Shown here one piece after another: positions 28,643 through 38,473 of a stretch of DNA of 64,000 bases (within the stretch, counting starts at the first letter, position 1; every line of letters begins with the position of its first letter). The notes beneath the pieces are model-generated. The model saw nothing but the letters and a program-made list of their open reading frames with translations, made no database searches and was not told the origin of the DNA. A program made the translations under genes and the position numbers. The DNA is taken from the NCBI GenBank assembly GCA_030599585.1, contig JAUVNS010000001.1, forward strand, positions 32,001 through 96,000, read 5' to 3'. Origin of the DNA: Promethearchaeota archaeon. GTDB taxonomy: Archaea > Asgardarchaeota > Lokiarchaeia > Sigyniarchaeales > SOKP01.

Positions 28643-29173
28643 ATGAAAGAATTCAAAATCAACGAATTCATTACCAAAAAATTTATTTGCTTAACATCCC
28701 CTTTAGAAATCATGCCAGAAAGTATCAAATCTTTAGAGTTTTTATATGATTACGTTAAAAGTTTGTTTGAAAAGCGAAAAGATAATCATTTTGAAGAATC
28801 CATGAAAGAATCGTTATTTAAAGGAGAGAAAACCGCTCTCGATTTATTTGTACATTCTGTTAGCACGCTTCATTTTGCAATGAAAAAAACGACTAATCCT
28901 AATGCAGATATGAAAGATATAGCAATAAAGTTAGATCCCAAATCCACCACACCTTTGCATGAACAATTGTTAGATTTATTTAATAAAGCAAATGAAGCCT
29001 ATACAGAAGAAAGAATAAAATATAATGAAGAAGACCTTAAAAATATGTTTAAATCCCCTTTTGGGAGAGAGATGACGTACGAAGATTGGTTTGGGTTCAT
29101 TATCCATCACACAATCGGGCATATTTATCAGTCTCTTAGATTGCAGGCAATTTATCTAAGACATAAAATTTAA
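28643..29173 (+). CDS. DinB/YfiT-like protein
   Basis: LFVHS and HHTIGHIYQ His triad; SPFG-x-MT motif. Confidence 0.7.
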   Translation: MKEFKINEFITKKFICLTSPLEIMPESIKSLEFLYDYVKSLFEKRKDNHFEESMKESLFKGEKTALDLFVHSVSTLHFAMKKTTNPNADMKDIAIKLDPKSTTPLHEQLLDLFNKANEAYTEERIKYNEEDLKNMFKSPFGREMTYEDWFGFIIHHTIGHIYQSLRLQAIYLRHKI

Positions 29174-29301
29174 ACGAGCCGTTATCTATCTTAAGAGTAC
29201 AAAATGTGAAACCTACAAAAAAGAAAGAAAGCTCGGTTACCGAAAAAGTTAAATGATAATGCTAATCTTCACAATTTCAATATTTTAAGAGTTTAATAAT
29301 A

Positions 29302-30012
29302 TTAGATCAGAAATCCTTTAAGGACTACCAGAGCCCCAATATCGATAATAATCAACGCTAAAATCTCTATCGCAATTAACGAGAAAATTCCCCCTATTAC
29401 ATTGATAAAAATCCCTAAAATAAATAATATTACTCCTATAGAAAACCATTTTAATCGATTTCTAGTTTCGCCTTCTATTTTTCTGGTATCGTCCTCTATT
29501 TTTTTCGTAATTCCAATATATCTATAAGCAGCAAATGCAGTTAAAAATATCCGAACGGCATTCACAAAAATTAACAATCCGAGAGGAGTATGAGTATTTA
29601 CTATACGCAGAGCATAATCACCCATATCTAAATACGGTGGAAATATAAAATATCCCATACTCATGACAAAGAATAAAATTAGCATGGTTCCAAGATACTT
29701 CATGCCCATGGCAATCTTAGTATGTTTTTCAAGCACGAACAGGGTCATCACGAGAGAAATTGAGTTAAAATTAAAAAAGATATGGGCTGTTATCATGAGT
29801 GGAATAATAATATCCGGATTGTCTAAAATTAAATGATAAATCGCATAAATGAAAAATCCTAAGGATGAGGATATAAAATATAAGGCAAACCATCTGTTCA
29901 ACAAATCTCTTTTGTTTAAAAGAAGAACTCGTAATCCAATAATTAGTGCGATAGCTGCTGTAATTATTGTCGTTATTATTTTTATTATATTATATGTATC
30001 CAAGTTATTCAA
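29302..30012 (-). CDS. Stand-alone 7-TM protein (HisKA_7TM-like sensor region)
   Basis: Seven hydrophobic helices; LNRWFALYF motif; no cytoplasmic kinase domain. Confidence 0.55.
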   Translation of the reverse strand: MNNLDTYNIIKIITTIITAAIALIIGLRVLLLNKRDLLNRWFALYFISSSLGFFIYAIYHLILDNPDIIIPLMITAHIFFNFNSISLVMTLFVLEKHTKIAMGMKYLGTMLILFFVMSMGYFIFPPYLDMGDYALRIVNTHTPLGLLIFVNAVRIFLTAFAAYRYIGITKKIEDDTRKIEGETRNRLKWFSIGVILFILGIFINVIGGIFSLIAIEILALIIIDIGALVVLKGFLI

Positions 30013-30283
30013 ACCTTAGAATTAAATTATTCTGTCTATAGTTATTTGGCGCGTATAATATATATAGATATAACTACCCCTTTGAATATCCGCAATTATT
30101 GATATTATTTTTTCTTACTATTTGCGTTATATTTCTAGTGTCTGTCAAGGTTTATATCGCAAACATTAAAAATAGTGGTGGCGATTAATTATGTGCATAT
30201 ATTTCAATGTAGTGAAGAAGTATATATTAGGTATAAGATATATATAATTCATCTGAATGAGACATATTAGGAGTAGAGATTAA

Positions 30284-31069
30284 ATGATATCGTTTGAAAC
30301 AGAGCGCACACCACCATGGTTTTTCCAATATATTGAGAATTATTCTCATATCATGTTAGATTTGCGATTTAAGACAGAAGATGTATCAGCCGAGATGTTA
30401 AACTTCTCGCTCGATTTAGAAATTCAAGGATTTGAGGGGTTGATTTTTTATATTTACAAACCATCGTTTAATAGGATAGAATTCGACCTTCTTGACCATA
30501 GAAACGAGATGATTCATACTATAAAAGATTTGTATATCAACGTGAAAGATTATTCCTCTTCTGATTCGCTGGATCTCATAGTTATTCCGTTTGGACGTTT
30601 TAAAGAAGATCATAAATTTATCCCCGTGATTCGTAGTGGAAATGTCGTTTCAAACTTTCAAATTTTTTCATGGACTCCTTCTCTCCTTTTTAAAAACATA
30701 AAGTCTGTAATAAAAATATCTAATAGGTACGAGGAAATAATTCCAATGGAGTATTTCGATCGATATTATTACCAATTTAAAAGTACTTTTAAAGGAAATA
30801 AAACAGAATTTTTATTCAGCCTTATTAATCTACTCGTTCGGCTTGAGGACATCCCTGATGTTGAGCCTTTAGTCACAAAAATTAAAATGATAATTTCAAA
30901 AACCAACGAGCTTTTGTTTGAATTGATCGAAAGATCGATTCCCTTAGAGATGATAAACCTGCTCAAGGAAATAGAACGATTGAAATTTAACCTCGATAAT
31001 TTATCGAAAGAAGAAATCTATAACTGGTTAGATGATTTATTAACCTCGTACAGTGAAAAGATTAACTAG
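30284..31069 (+). CDS. Hypothetical protein
   Basis: 261-aa ORF, preceded by AGGAG; no recognised motif. Confidence 0.65.
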   Translation: MISFETERTPPWFFQYIENYSHIMLDLRFKTEDVSAEMLNFSLDLEIQGFEGLIFYIYKPSFNRIEFDLLDHRNEMIHTIKDLYINVKDYSSSDSLDLIVIPFGRFKEDHKFIPVIRSGNVVSNFQIFSWTPSLLFKNIKSVIKISNRYEEIIPMEYFDRYYYQFKSTFKGNKTEFLFSLINLLVRLEDIPDVEPLVTKIKMIISKTNELLFELIERSIPLEMINLLKEIERLKFNLDNLSKEEIYNWLDDLLTSYSEKIN

Positions 31070-31118
31070 CGTATATTTTATTAAATGGATTAAAAGAAAA
31101 AACGAGAATTTATTGAAT

Positions 31119-31664
31119 CTATTTCTTAAATCGTTTAATTATGGTCAGGACTAAGACAATTAAGAAGAAGATTGCCCCTACCAATAGTAAACCAAATTTA
31201 ATAAACGCTGTTATCGAAGCAATCGAAGGTACGAAAGATGCGAAGTTAGGAGTATCGTTAAGCATGATAAGAAGGTTGACATTTTCAACTAAGTCGAAAA
31301 TTCCTGCGACTAATGGCGTAAGACTTATGTAAAGGCCGATGTCTACTATTTTACCGCTTAATTTTCGAGTGAATAATAAAATTAATGCAAATAAAGGCAC
31401 TGAGTATCCTATGATATAGAAAAAGTCCCAATACACTCCATTAGCTTGTAAAGCCATTCCAACGCCCCCCCACTCTGTAAAAATAATTAAAATTTGGTCT
31501 TTAGTCCAAGCAAATTCGAAATCAAGGATTCCATAAAAAAAACCTGAATTTGCTAGGGGTTCAAAAACAACCATATTTATAACTAGAAGGATAATGATAC
31601 CTATAGCCGCGATTATTAATAAAATTAAATCGCTTGGTGTTTTTTTTAATTTTTCTAAAATCAT
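31119..31664 (-). CDS. 4-TM membrane protein
   Basis: FEFAW, WDFFYIIGY, FDLVEN motifs. Confidence 0.7.
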   Translation of the reverse strand: MILEKLKKTPSDLILLIIAAIGIIILLVINMVVFEPLANSGFFYGILDFEFAWTKDQILIIFTEWGGVGMALQANGVYWDFFYIIGYSVPLFALILLFTRKLSGKIVDIGLYISLTPLVAGIFDLVENVNLLIMLNDTPNFASFVPSIASITAFIKFGLLLVGAIFFLIVLVLTIIKRFKK

Positions 31665-31848
31665 TCTATTTTTTCACGTTGTTGTGATATTAAATTTAAT
31701 TATTTAATGTATTATTTGCTGTAAGTAATATAAAGAATTCGCGTATGAGTTAAAGAAGAACTAATCGATGTATAATAATAATAATCATTACTTTTTTTTA
31801 GCCTCTAATATTACATAATGTAGTTAAAATCGCTGAATTATATTACTC

Positions 31849-32091
31849 ATGTGTCTCGCAATTCCAGGTAAAATTGTAAGTATTGATGGGCATTCCGCAT
31901 TAGTCGACTTCGATGGAATAGAGCAAAAAATTATCATAGCGCTAGTCTTAAACCCTGAAGTAGGTAAGTACGTTATTGTTCACGCCGGTTACGCAATTGA
32001 ACAAATGGAAGAGAAGGATGCTATGGAGGCGATAGAACAATGGAAAGAAATCGCTGAGGATCAGAATCTCGATTTATCCGATATGTTATGA
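31849..32091 (+). CDS. hypC: Hydrogenase maturation chaperone HypC
   Basis: MCLAIPGKI, YVIVHAGYAI. Confidence 0.96.
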   Translation: MCLAIPGKIVSIDGHSALVDFDGIEQKIIIALVLNPEVGKYVIVHAGYAIEQMEEKDAMEAIEQWKEIAEDQNLDLSDML

Positions 32092-32115
32092 TTACGGATA
32101 TCCAACTAAAAGAAA

Positions 32116-32301
32116 CTACTTCTTCTTCTTATCTATGGTTGACATTACCAAATATTTTGCGTTTGAAAATATCGCAGCACCAATAAAAAGTAAACTTATC
32201 ACATCAAGGATTATATTCGCATTACCAAACATCTCAAAGATAAACGCAGTTATCAAGCAAAACATTCCTAATACTAGTAGATTCTCTTTTTTCTTAACCA
32301 T
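32116..32301 (-). CDS. Small 2-TM protein
   Basis: Two hydrophobic helices with basic termini; GGAG upstream. Confidence 0.55.
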   Translation of the reverse strand: MVKKKENLLVLGMFCLITAFIFEMFGNANIILDVISLLFIGAAIFSNAKYLVMSTIDKKKK

Positions 32302-32449
32302 CTATCTCATCCCTCCTTTTATTAATTTTAATAATTTTTGGATTGCTCCAATCACGAAAGTTAAATTTGCTTATTTATTGATTCCATATATAGACTATAT
32401 ATTTTAAATAATTGGGAGAAACAAGGGATGTAGAGAAACTTTACTCCGA

Positions 32450-33253
32450 TTACAAATCAAATAGCTCTAATTTTAGTTTCTTTAATTTATCGTAAAGTCT
32501 TTTAATAGATTGGATCGCTTCTGATTGATCATTATGATCTAAAGGGGAGGTACCTTCTAAATCGGCTTTTCCAATTTCAAGATCAAAAGGGATGGAATGA
32601 TAGAGCGGGATTTCCCAGGTTTTAATTCTCTCGTTAATTGCAGATAATTGAGTATCGTCAAAAATTTTATTGGCAATAAGAAAAATGTTAACAACTCCTA
32701 ACTTTTTTGAGAGATCGATTATTTTATTACATAAGTCCAATGATTTTTGAGAGGGTTCAGTAACTACGAGCATCACATCGATTCCTTTAGCAGTTCCGCG
32801 ACCTAAATGCTCCAGTCCCGCTTCAAAATCTACAATTATTACTTCATTTCTTTTTACAAGTAAATTAAATAGCAAGGTTCTAATGAGCGCGTTTTCGGGG
32901 CATAAACATCCAGATGCGGGTTCTTCTATACCCCCTAAAACTAGAAGCTGTAAGTTATCTGGACCAGTAACTTTGAATCTATCTGGAATATCCGAGACTT
33001 TGGGATTAATGTTATAAACGCCGGCACCAGCTCCCTTTACAGATGTCCGCTCTTCAATCATAGCTGTCATCTCAGAAATCGGGACAATTTTTGATTTCAC
33101 ATCGTCTTCAATCCCCAGAGTATAACTTAGATTCATTGCCGAGTCGTTGTCAATCGCTAAAACATTAAATCCGTCTTTAGCAAATAGTCGAGCAATTGTT
33201 CCAGCTACAAGCGTTTTACCTACGCCTCCTTTTCCCGAAATCGCAATTTTCAT
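32450..33253 (-). CDS. cooC: CooC/AcsF-type nickel-insertion ATPase
   Basis: GKGGVGKT, GCLCPEN (CxC), DFEAGLEHLGRGT. Confidence 0.9.
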   Translation of the reverse strand: MKIAISGKGGVGKTLVAGTIARLFAKDGFNVLAIDNDSAMNLSYTLGIEDDVKSKIVPISEMTAMIEERTSVKGAGAGVYNINPKVSDIPDRFKVTGPDNLQLLVLGGIEEPASGCLCPENALIRTLLFNLLVKRNEVIIVDFEAGLEHLGRGTAKGIDVMLVVTEPSQKSLDLCNKIIDLSKKLGVVNIFLIANKIFDDTQLSAINERIKTWEIPLYHSIPFDLEIGKADLEGTSPLDHNDQSEAIQSIKRLYDKLKKLKLELFDL

Positions 33254-33423
33254 AAGAGATCCCTATTGAATTATAATATAAACTATATTTATTATGTTGT
33301 ATTAGATTTAAAAGCTTGAGATTTGATTCTGTAAATGACTCATAAGAATAGTTTAACATTAATAAGAAATTTTACAAATAATTAATATATTATTAGCACG
33401 GAATGTCAAAGGCGTTATTGAAG

Positions 33424-33684
33424 CTAACAGCTCTTACCCATCGATTGCATTCTTTTTGAGACTTTCATCATCTCATTAAAAATATCTGAGTTCTTTTTCG
33501 GATCTTTACACATAATTAACTTATCGTTCAGAATTTTAATTTTCATGGTTAACTCTGTGAATTCTTTAGGAGGATTTATTTGATAATGGTAAAGTAATGT
33601 TCCATTATCATCGCACTCAATAAATACCCATTGTTGATCTTTTTGAGACCAGTTCCATCTATTCTGAGTTAATTTTCGTATCAT
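33424..33684 (-). CDS. Hypothetical protein
   Basis: 86-aa ORF filling the intergenic space. Confidence 0.55.
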   Translation of the reverse strand: MIRKLTQNRWNWSQKDQQWVFIECDDNGTLLYHYQINPPKEFTELTMKIKILNDKLIMCKDPKKNSDIFNEMMKVSKRMQSMGKSC

Positions 33685-33826
33685 ATTGAATAAACTTTCA
33701 GGAATTGATTAATAAATGCAGAGAAATGAAGATTCAAATGCTTAAACCTGTTTATTATTTAATGTTTTATGCGAACTGCTATTTATTTTTTTTAGAAAAA
33801 ACATATTAACGAGAAAATATAATATT

Positions 33827-35290
33827 TTAGGATTGCTTTAAATCTGAAAGCATGCTTAGTGCAGCTTCGCGAACATCAGTATCTTTATCTTCTAGCATTT
33901 TTTTTAATAACGGAGTTATATCATCTTTTTTAAAGTATCGAAATGCCTTAATAAGATAGAGTTTAACTATCCAATCATCGTCATTAACAATATCTTTTAA
34001 CACTTCAAATATGCGATCTCCTTTAATAACACTTAATATTTTTATAGCGTATGTCCTTACATCTCTGATATGGCTATTTAGGTCGTCGATCAATTGATTT
34101 ACGATGGTTAATTTATCACCTTCGCTTAAAAATCGATACATTCTAAAGAAAAGATTGGGAGGTAAGTATTCGTACACAACACTTTTAGGAGTACTTTCGA
34201 CCTCTATGGTTTTACCGTTATCATCTTTTTGTACTTTTAAGTCGACAATAATATCACTGAGTTGTTTGTTAGCATTCTCAAACTTCTGCGATTTAAGAAT
34301 TAGTTTATTTAACATTTCTTCTTTTTCTATAACTTTTTCCCGTAAATCATCGATTTTTTGAGTTCTAAAATTTATTTCTTCTCCTAATTTCTTTTCCATA
34401 TCGCTGTTTCTTTGTTTTAAATTTTCTATTATGGAAATATTAGTGTTAACGAGGTTATTCAAATCGTTATTCTCAATCTCTAAGTCAAATAGGATTTTAT
34501 TTAATTCTTCGAGCTCATTGTTATCTCCTTCAGCTTTAGGTAATTCAACTTGAAGTTTTACTGTTTCTTCTAATTTTTGTTGTATATAATTTACCTTTGC
34601 ATGATACTGATCGTTATCGTAAGTTAATTGGTCTAATATTTTATTTGTTTCACCTAACTCGCGTGAGAATTGATTTTTTAATGTTTCGTTCTCTTGATTT
34701 TGTTGTTTAAGATTTTCTAGCTCTTGTTGGAAATTTGCAATTTGCACGCGACTAATCCCGTTCTCTTCAGTTAATTGGATAATCAATTTTTTAGCATCTA
34801 GTAAATCAGAGCCCTCTTCGTCTGGATCTTCTTTAAGATTGACTGACTCTTTCTGGAGATTTGCCAAGCTGATATTAAGCTCTTCAACTTTTAATCGAAA
34901 ATTTTCGTTTTCTTCTGTTAATTGAACAATTTCTTTATTCGCATAGATTAGTTCTTCGTTTTCTCCTTCATATTTTTGAACATTTTCTAATTCCACAGTA
35001 ATTTCTGAAATCGTTTGTTGGAGAATTTCAACATCTTTATCCTTTTTTATAATATCTTGCCGTTGTTGCGTTACCAATTCTTTTAGCACAGAAATGTCTT
35101 CAGGAATATTACCGTTTGGAAAATTGGAAAGCTTTGACTCTTGGTTTTGAATTATTCTTATCTGTTCATCGATAGTAAAGTTTAAACGTTGGACCTCTTC
35201 TTTAAGCTCTCTATTCATTGTTTCTAAGTCAGCTTGAGCTTGATTAGCCGAATCAACCGAATCTATTAAATCTTTTAGTTCTTTACTCAT
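33827..35290 (-). CDS. Long coiled-coil protein with C-terminal HEAT repeats
   Basis: About 360 aa of heptad-rich E/Q/N/K/L sequence, then DVRTYAIKIL, DDDWIVKLY, DKDTDVREAA. Confidence 0.8.
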   Translation of the reverse strand: MSKELKDLIDSVDSANQAQADLETMNRELKEEVQRLNFTIDEQIRIIQNQESKLSNFPNGNIPEDISVLKELVTQQRQDIIKKDKDVEILQQTISEITVELENVQKYEGENEELIYANKEIVQLTEENENFRLKVEELNISLANLQKESVNLKEDPDEEGSDLLDAKKLIIQLTEENGISRVQIANFQQELENLKQQNQENETLKNQFSRELGETNKILDQLTYDNDQYHAKVNYIQQKLEETVKLQVELPKAEGDNNELEELNKILFDLEIENNDLNNLVNTNISIIENLKQRNSDMEKKLGEEINFRTQKIDDLREKVIEKEEMLNKLILKSQKFENANKQLSDIIVDLKVQKDDNGKTIEVESTPKSVVYEYLPPNLFFRMYRFLSEGDKLTIVNQLIDDLNSHIRDVRTYAIKILSVIKGDRIFEVLKDIVNDDDWIVKLYLIKAFRYFKKDDITPLLKKMLEDKDTDVREAALSMLSDLKQS

Positions 35291-35400
35291 TTTAAACGCA
35301 AATTAATGTTCTAATTTGAATTATTAATAAAGGCATAGGCTAATAAATCTTTCTGATCGTAAATTTTAAAAAACATTTTTTCATAAAGGAAGTTTGCTAA

Positions 35401-35544
35401 ATGGGTGAAGGAAAATTAGGTAATGTATATAAAGATAAAAAAGAAGAAGAGAATTATGATTACGAAGATAACGAAGAAGACGATGACGATGACGAAGATG
35501 ATGATGACTACAATGATGGGGGATGGGATGAAGAAGATGAGTAA
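35401..35544 (+). CDS. 47-aa highly acidic peptide
   Basis: Not in ORF track. MGEGKLGNVYKDKKEEENYDYEDNEEDDDDDEDDDDYNDGGWDEEDE*; mixed GAT/GAC/GAA codons indicate protein-level selection. Confidence 0.7.
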   Translation: MGEGKLGNVYKDKKEEENYDYEDNEEDDDDDEDDDDYNDGGWDEEDE

Positions 35545-35619
35545 AATGTGTGTTAGTGAAAAAATCGAAAAAGAAGTAAGAAAAAAAAAAGTTTGTCCGT
35601 TGAATTTTACTTCTTAAAA

Positions 35620-36096
35620 TTATACAATCTCAATTGCCGTTATTTTATCTCCTTGTGCAATCTTGTCAACTACACTTTGATCCGCAGAACTTACTACTTC
35701 TCCAAAAATCGTGTGCTTGTTGTTTAAGTGAGGAGTAGGGACGTGCGTTATGAAAAATTGCGAACCATTCGTGCCAGGTCCAGCATTTGCCATGGCCAAT
35801 ATACCTGCTTTAATAAAGACTTTTCCTGATTTAAATTCGTCTGCGTAAGGATATGATACGTCTTTTCCTTGAAAGGGGAAAGATTTTACTCCAACTGCGC
35901 CCGGACCACCCGTACCATTTCCAAGAGGATCGCCCCCTTGAATCATAAAGTTAGGAATTACTCGATGAAATTTTATTCCGTTATAGAACCCTTTATTTAC
36001 TAAAAACAAGAAACTTGAAACAGTGAGTGGAGCTTCCTCGTCGAATAAGGTAATATTAATATCTCCTTTAGTTGTAATCATTTTTACTATTGTCAT
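35620..36096 (-). CDS. Cyclophilin-type peptidyl-prolyl isomerase
   Basis: [40 protein letters not shown]. Confidence 0.96.
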   Translation of the reverse strand: MTIVKMITTKGDINITLFDEEAPLTVSSFLFLVNKGFYNGIKFHRVIPNFMIQGGDPLGNGTGGPGAVGVKSFPFQGKDVSYPYADEFKSGKVFIKAGILAMANAGPGTNGSQFFITHVPTPHLNNKHTIFGEVVSSADQSVVDKIAQGDKITAIEIV

Positions 36097-36261
36097 AATA
36101 CCTATAAAAAAGCATTTTTAAAAAATTGTTATAAAAAATTTCTTGGTAATAAACCCTAAAATAGAATTAATTTTTTTATGAAAAAAATATAAAAATTTTT
36201 AACTTACTAGAGATAAAACAGTTTTAGAATACAGTAAAAGTTCCAAATCACCCCAATTACT

Positions 36262-38430
36262 ATGGTAGAAAATAACGATATTTCTTATTTCTTTGATCCT
36301 AAAAGCATTGCAATCATAGGAGCAAGCTCAAAACCAGGAAAAGTAGGATATAATGTATTGAAAAATATCGTTGAATCAAAGTATAAGGGTAAACTATTTC
36401 CTATCAACCCTAAAGCAGAAGAGATACTTGGATTCACATCATACAAAAGCGTCTTAGATGTTCCAGAAGAAATCGACATAGCCATAATCGTTATTCCCGG
36501 TAAGCTTGTTAATCCTATAGCAGAAGAGTGCGGAAAGAAAAATATAAAGGGGTTGGTTATCATTACTGCAGGCTTCAAAGAAATTGGAGGAGCCGGAATT
36601 ATTCTAGAACAAGAATTAGTCAAAATTGCTAAGAAATATGATATGAGAGTTATTGGGCCTAATTGTTTAGGTCTAATTGGCGTAAACTATAATGGTTCCT
36701 TCGCTGCCAATACTCCTAAAAAGGGGGAAATAGCTATGATTTCTCAATCAGGAGCCATGCTAACGGGAATGATGGATTATTCCATGGACCAAGCATTCGG
36801 ATTCTCTTGTAATATAAGCTTGGGAAATAAAGCCGACATGGACGAGGTTGATTTTATTGAATACTTGGCTAACGACCCAAACACTAAAGTAATCTTGTGC
36901 TATTTAGAAAGCATTGAAGATGGAAAAAAATTCCTTCGAGTTGTTTCGAAAGTTGCTCGCAAAAAACCTATTATTATTTTAAAATCTGGAGTTAGTCCTG
37001 CAGGTGCTCGAGCGGCTTCAAGCCATACTGGAGCTTTGGCAGGATCCGATATAGCTTACGATTTAGCTTTCGAAAAATGTGGAGTTTTAAGGGCAAATTC
37101 AATTGCGGAGCTTTTTGATTACGGTGAACTCTTTTTATATCAACCTATACCAAAAAAGAACTCTTTTGCTATTGTCACTAACGCAGGCGGACCCGGAATT
37201 GTAGCAACAGATGCATTTGAAAGAGAAGGTCTAAAATTTGCTCAATTTTCTGAACCAGTTTTGCACTTGTTAAGAGAAAATTTACCAGCTGAGGCGGCAA
37301 TATTTAATCCTATAGATATAATCGGAGATGCAACTCCTAAACGTTATGAATTTACGATTAAAACGATTTTTGGATTAAATCACGAAACAGTCCAAGGTTC
37401 TATCGAAGAAGAAGATATTACAACCTATGGCGCTCTAATTATAATGAGCCCCCAAGCTCAAACGAAACCAGCTGATGTTGCTAAATTAATTTATGATATA
37501 GCATCAAAACATCTATCTGATAAACCGATTGTATGTGCACTCATAGGTGGAGTCTCTATGGCAGAAGCTACAAAATATTTAAAACAGCACCGAATTCCCT
37601 GTTATCGATTTCCTGGAAGAGCTGCTCAATCTCTTAAAGGTATGGTAGAATATAGTGGCTTTATAAATAGAAAAAAGATAGAAGATTTAGAAGTAACAAA
37701 ATTTAAGGTAGAGCAAGAGAAAGTAGCAGAAATATTCAAGGAAGTCAGAGCCGATGGAAGAACAGTTCTCTTAAGCCACGAAACGAGTGAAATTTTCGAT
37801 AAATACGGAATTGTTTCACCAAAATCAAGATTAGCAAAAACACCAGCACAAGCGAGAAAATTACAGCGTGAAATAGGAAAATCAGTTTTAAAAATTGTCA
37901 GTCCCAATATTATCCATAAAACCGATGTAGGGGGAATATTCTTAAATATTGAAACCGAACAAGAAGCTTTTGAAGCTTATGTGCAAATCATTGAAAATGC
38001 TAAAAAATTTGGACCCCAAAACGCCCGCATTTATGGTGTCGAGGTCCAAGAAATGATCGATATTAAAAAAGAACTCAAAGTGAATGAAATTATTATCGGA
38101 ATGTCTGAAGATCCACAATTTGGACCTCTACTGATGTTTGGAACAGGTGGAATTTATGCTAATTTCATGAAAGACGTAAATTTTGCGTTGGCATGCAAGT
38201 TTACTAAGGAAGGAGCTAAAAAGTTAATCGAAAATACCAGAATCTATAGTTTACTTCAAGGAGTTAGAGGTGAACCCTCTTCTGATATTAATGCTATTAT
38301 AGAAGTTTTGTTAAGACTATCCCAACTTGTAAACGAATTCCCGGAGATTGTGGAATTAGATATCAATCCTCTACTTTCATTTGTTAAAGGGTATAGTGCG
38401 GTTGACATTAAAATTACGATATCGCGTTAA
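36262..38430 (+). CDS. Acetate/acyl-CoA ligase (ADP-forming), fused alpha-beta
   Basis: GPNCLG, SQSGA, SHTGALAG (phospho-His), NPIDIIGD, HKTDVGG, ELDINP. Confidence 0.93.
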   Translation: MVENNDISYFFDPKSIAIIGASSKPGKVGYNVLKNIVESKYKGKLFPINPKAEEILGFTSYKSVLDVPEEIDIAIIVIPGKLVNPIAEECGKKNIKGLVIITAGFKEIGGAGIILEQELVKIAKKYDMRVIGPNCLGLIGVNYNGSFAANTPKKGEIAMISQSGAMLTGMMDYSMDQAFGFSCNISLGNKADMDEVDFIEYLANDPNTKVILCYLESIEDGKKFLRVVSKVARKKPIIILKSGVSPAGARAASSHTGALAGSDIAYDLAFEKCGVLRANSIAELFDYGELFLYQPIPKKNSFAIVTNAGGPGIVATDAFEREGLKFAQFSEPVLHLLRENLPAEAAIFNPIDIIGDATPKRYEFTIKTIFGLNHETVQGSIEEEDITTYGALIIMSPQAQTKPADVAKLIYDIASKHLSDKPIVCALIGGVSMAEATKYLKQHRIPCYRFPGRAAQSLKGMVEYSGFINRKKIEDLEVTKFKVEQEKVAEIFKEVRADGRTVLLSHETSEIFDKYGIVSPKSRLAKTPAQARKLQREIGKSVLKIVSPNIIHKTDVGGIFLNIETEQEAFEAYVQIIENAKKFGPQNARIYGVEVQEMIDIKKELKVNEIIIGMSEDPQFGPLLMFGTGGIYANFMKDVNFALACKFTKEGAKKLIENTRIYSLLQGVRGEPSSDINAIIEVLLRLSQLVNEFPEIVELDINPLLSFVKGYSAVDIKITISR

Positions 38431-38473
38431 ATTAATTATAAAATAATAATAATAATAAAAAAATTAAAAAGAA

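Noticed and set aside
35423-35617. 64-aa K/M/T-rich ORF in the track
   Set aside because: It is the shifted frame of the acidic peptide at 35401..35544; its odd composition is a by-product of GAT/GAC/GAA codons
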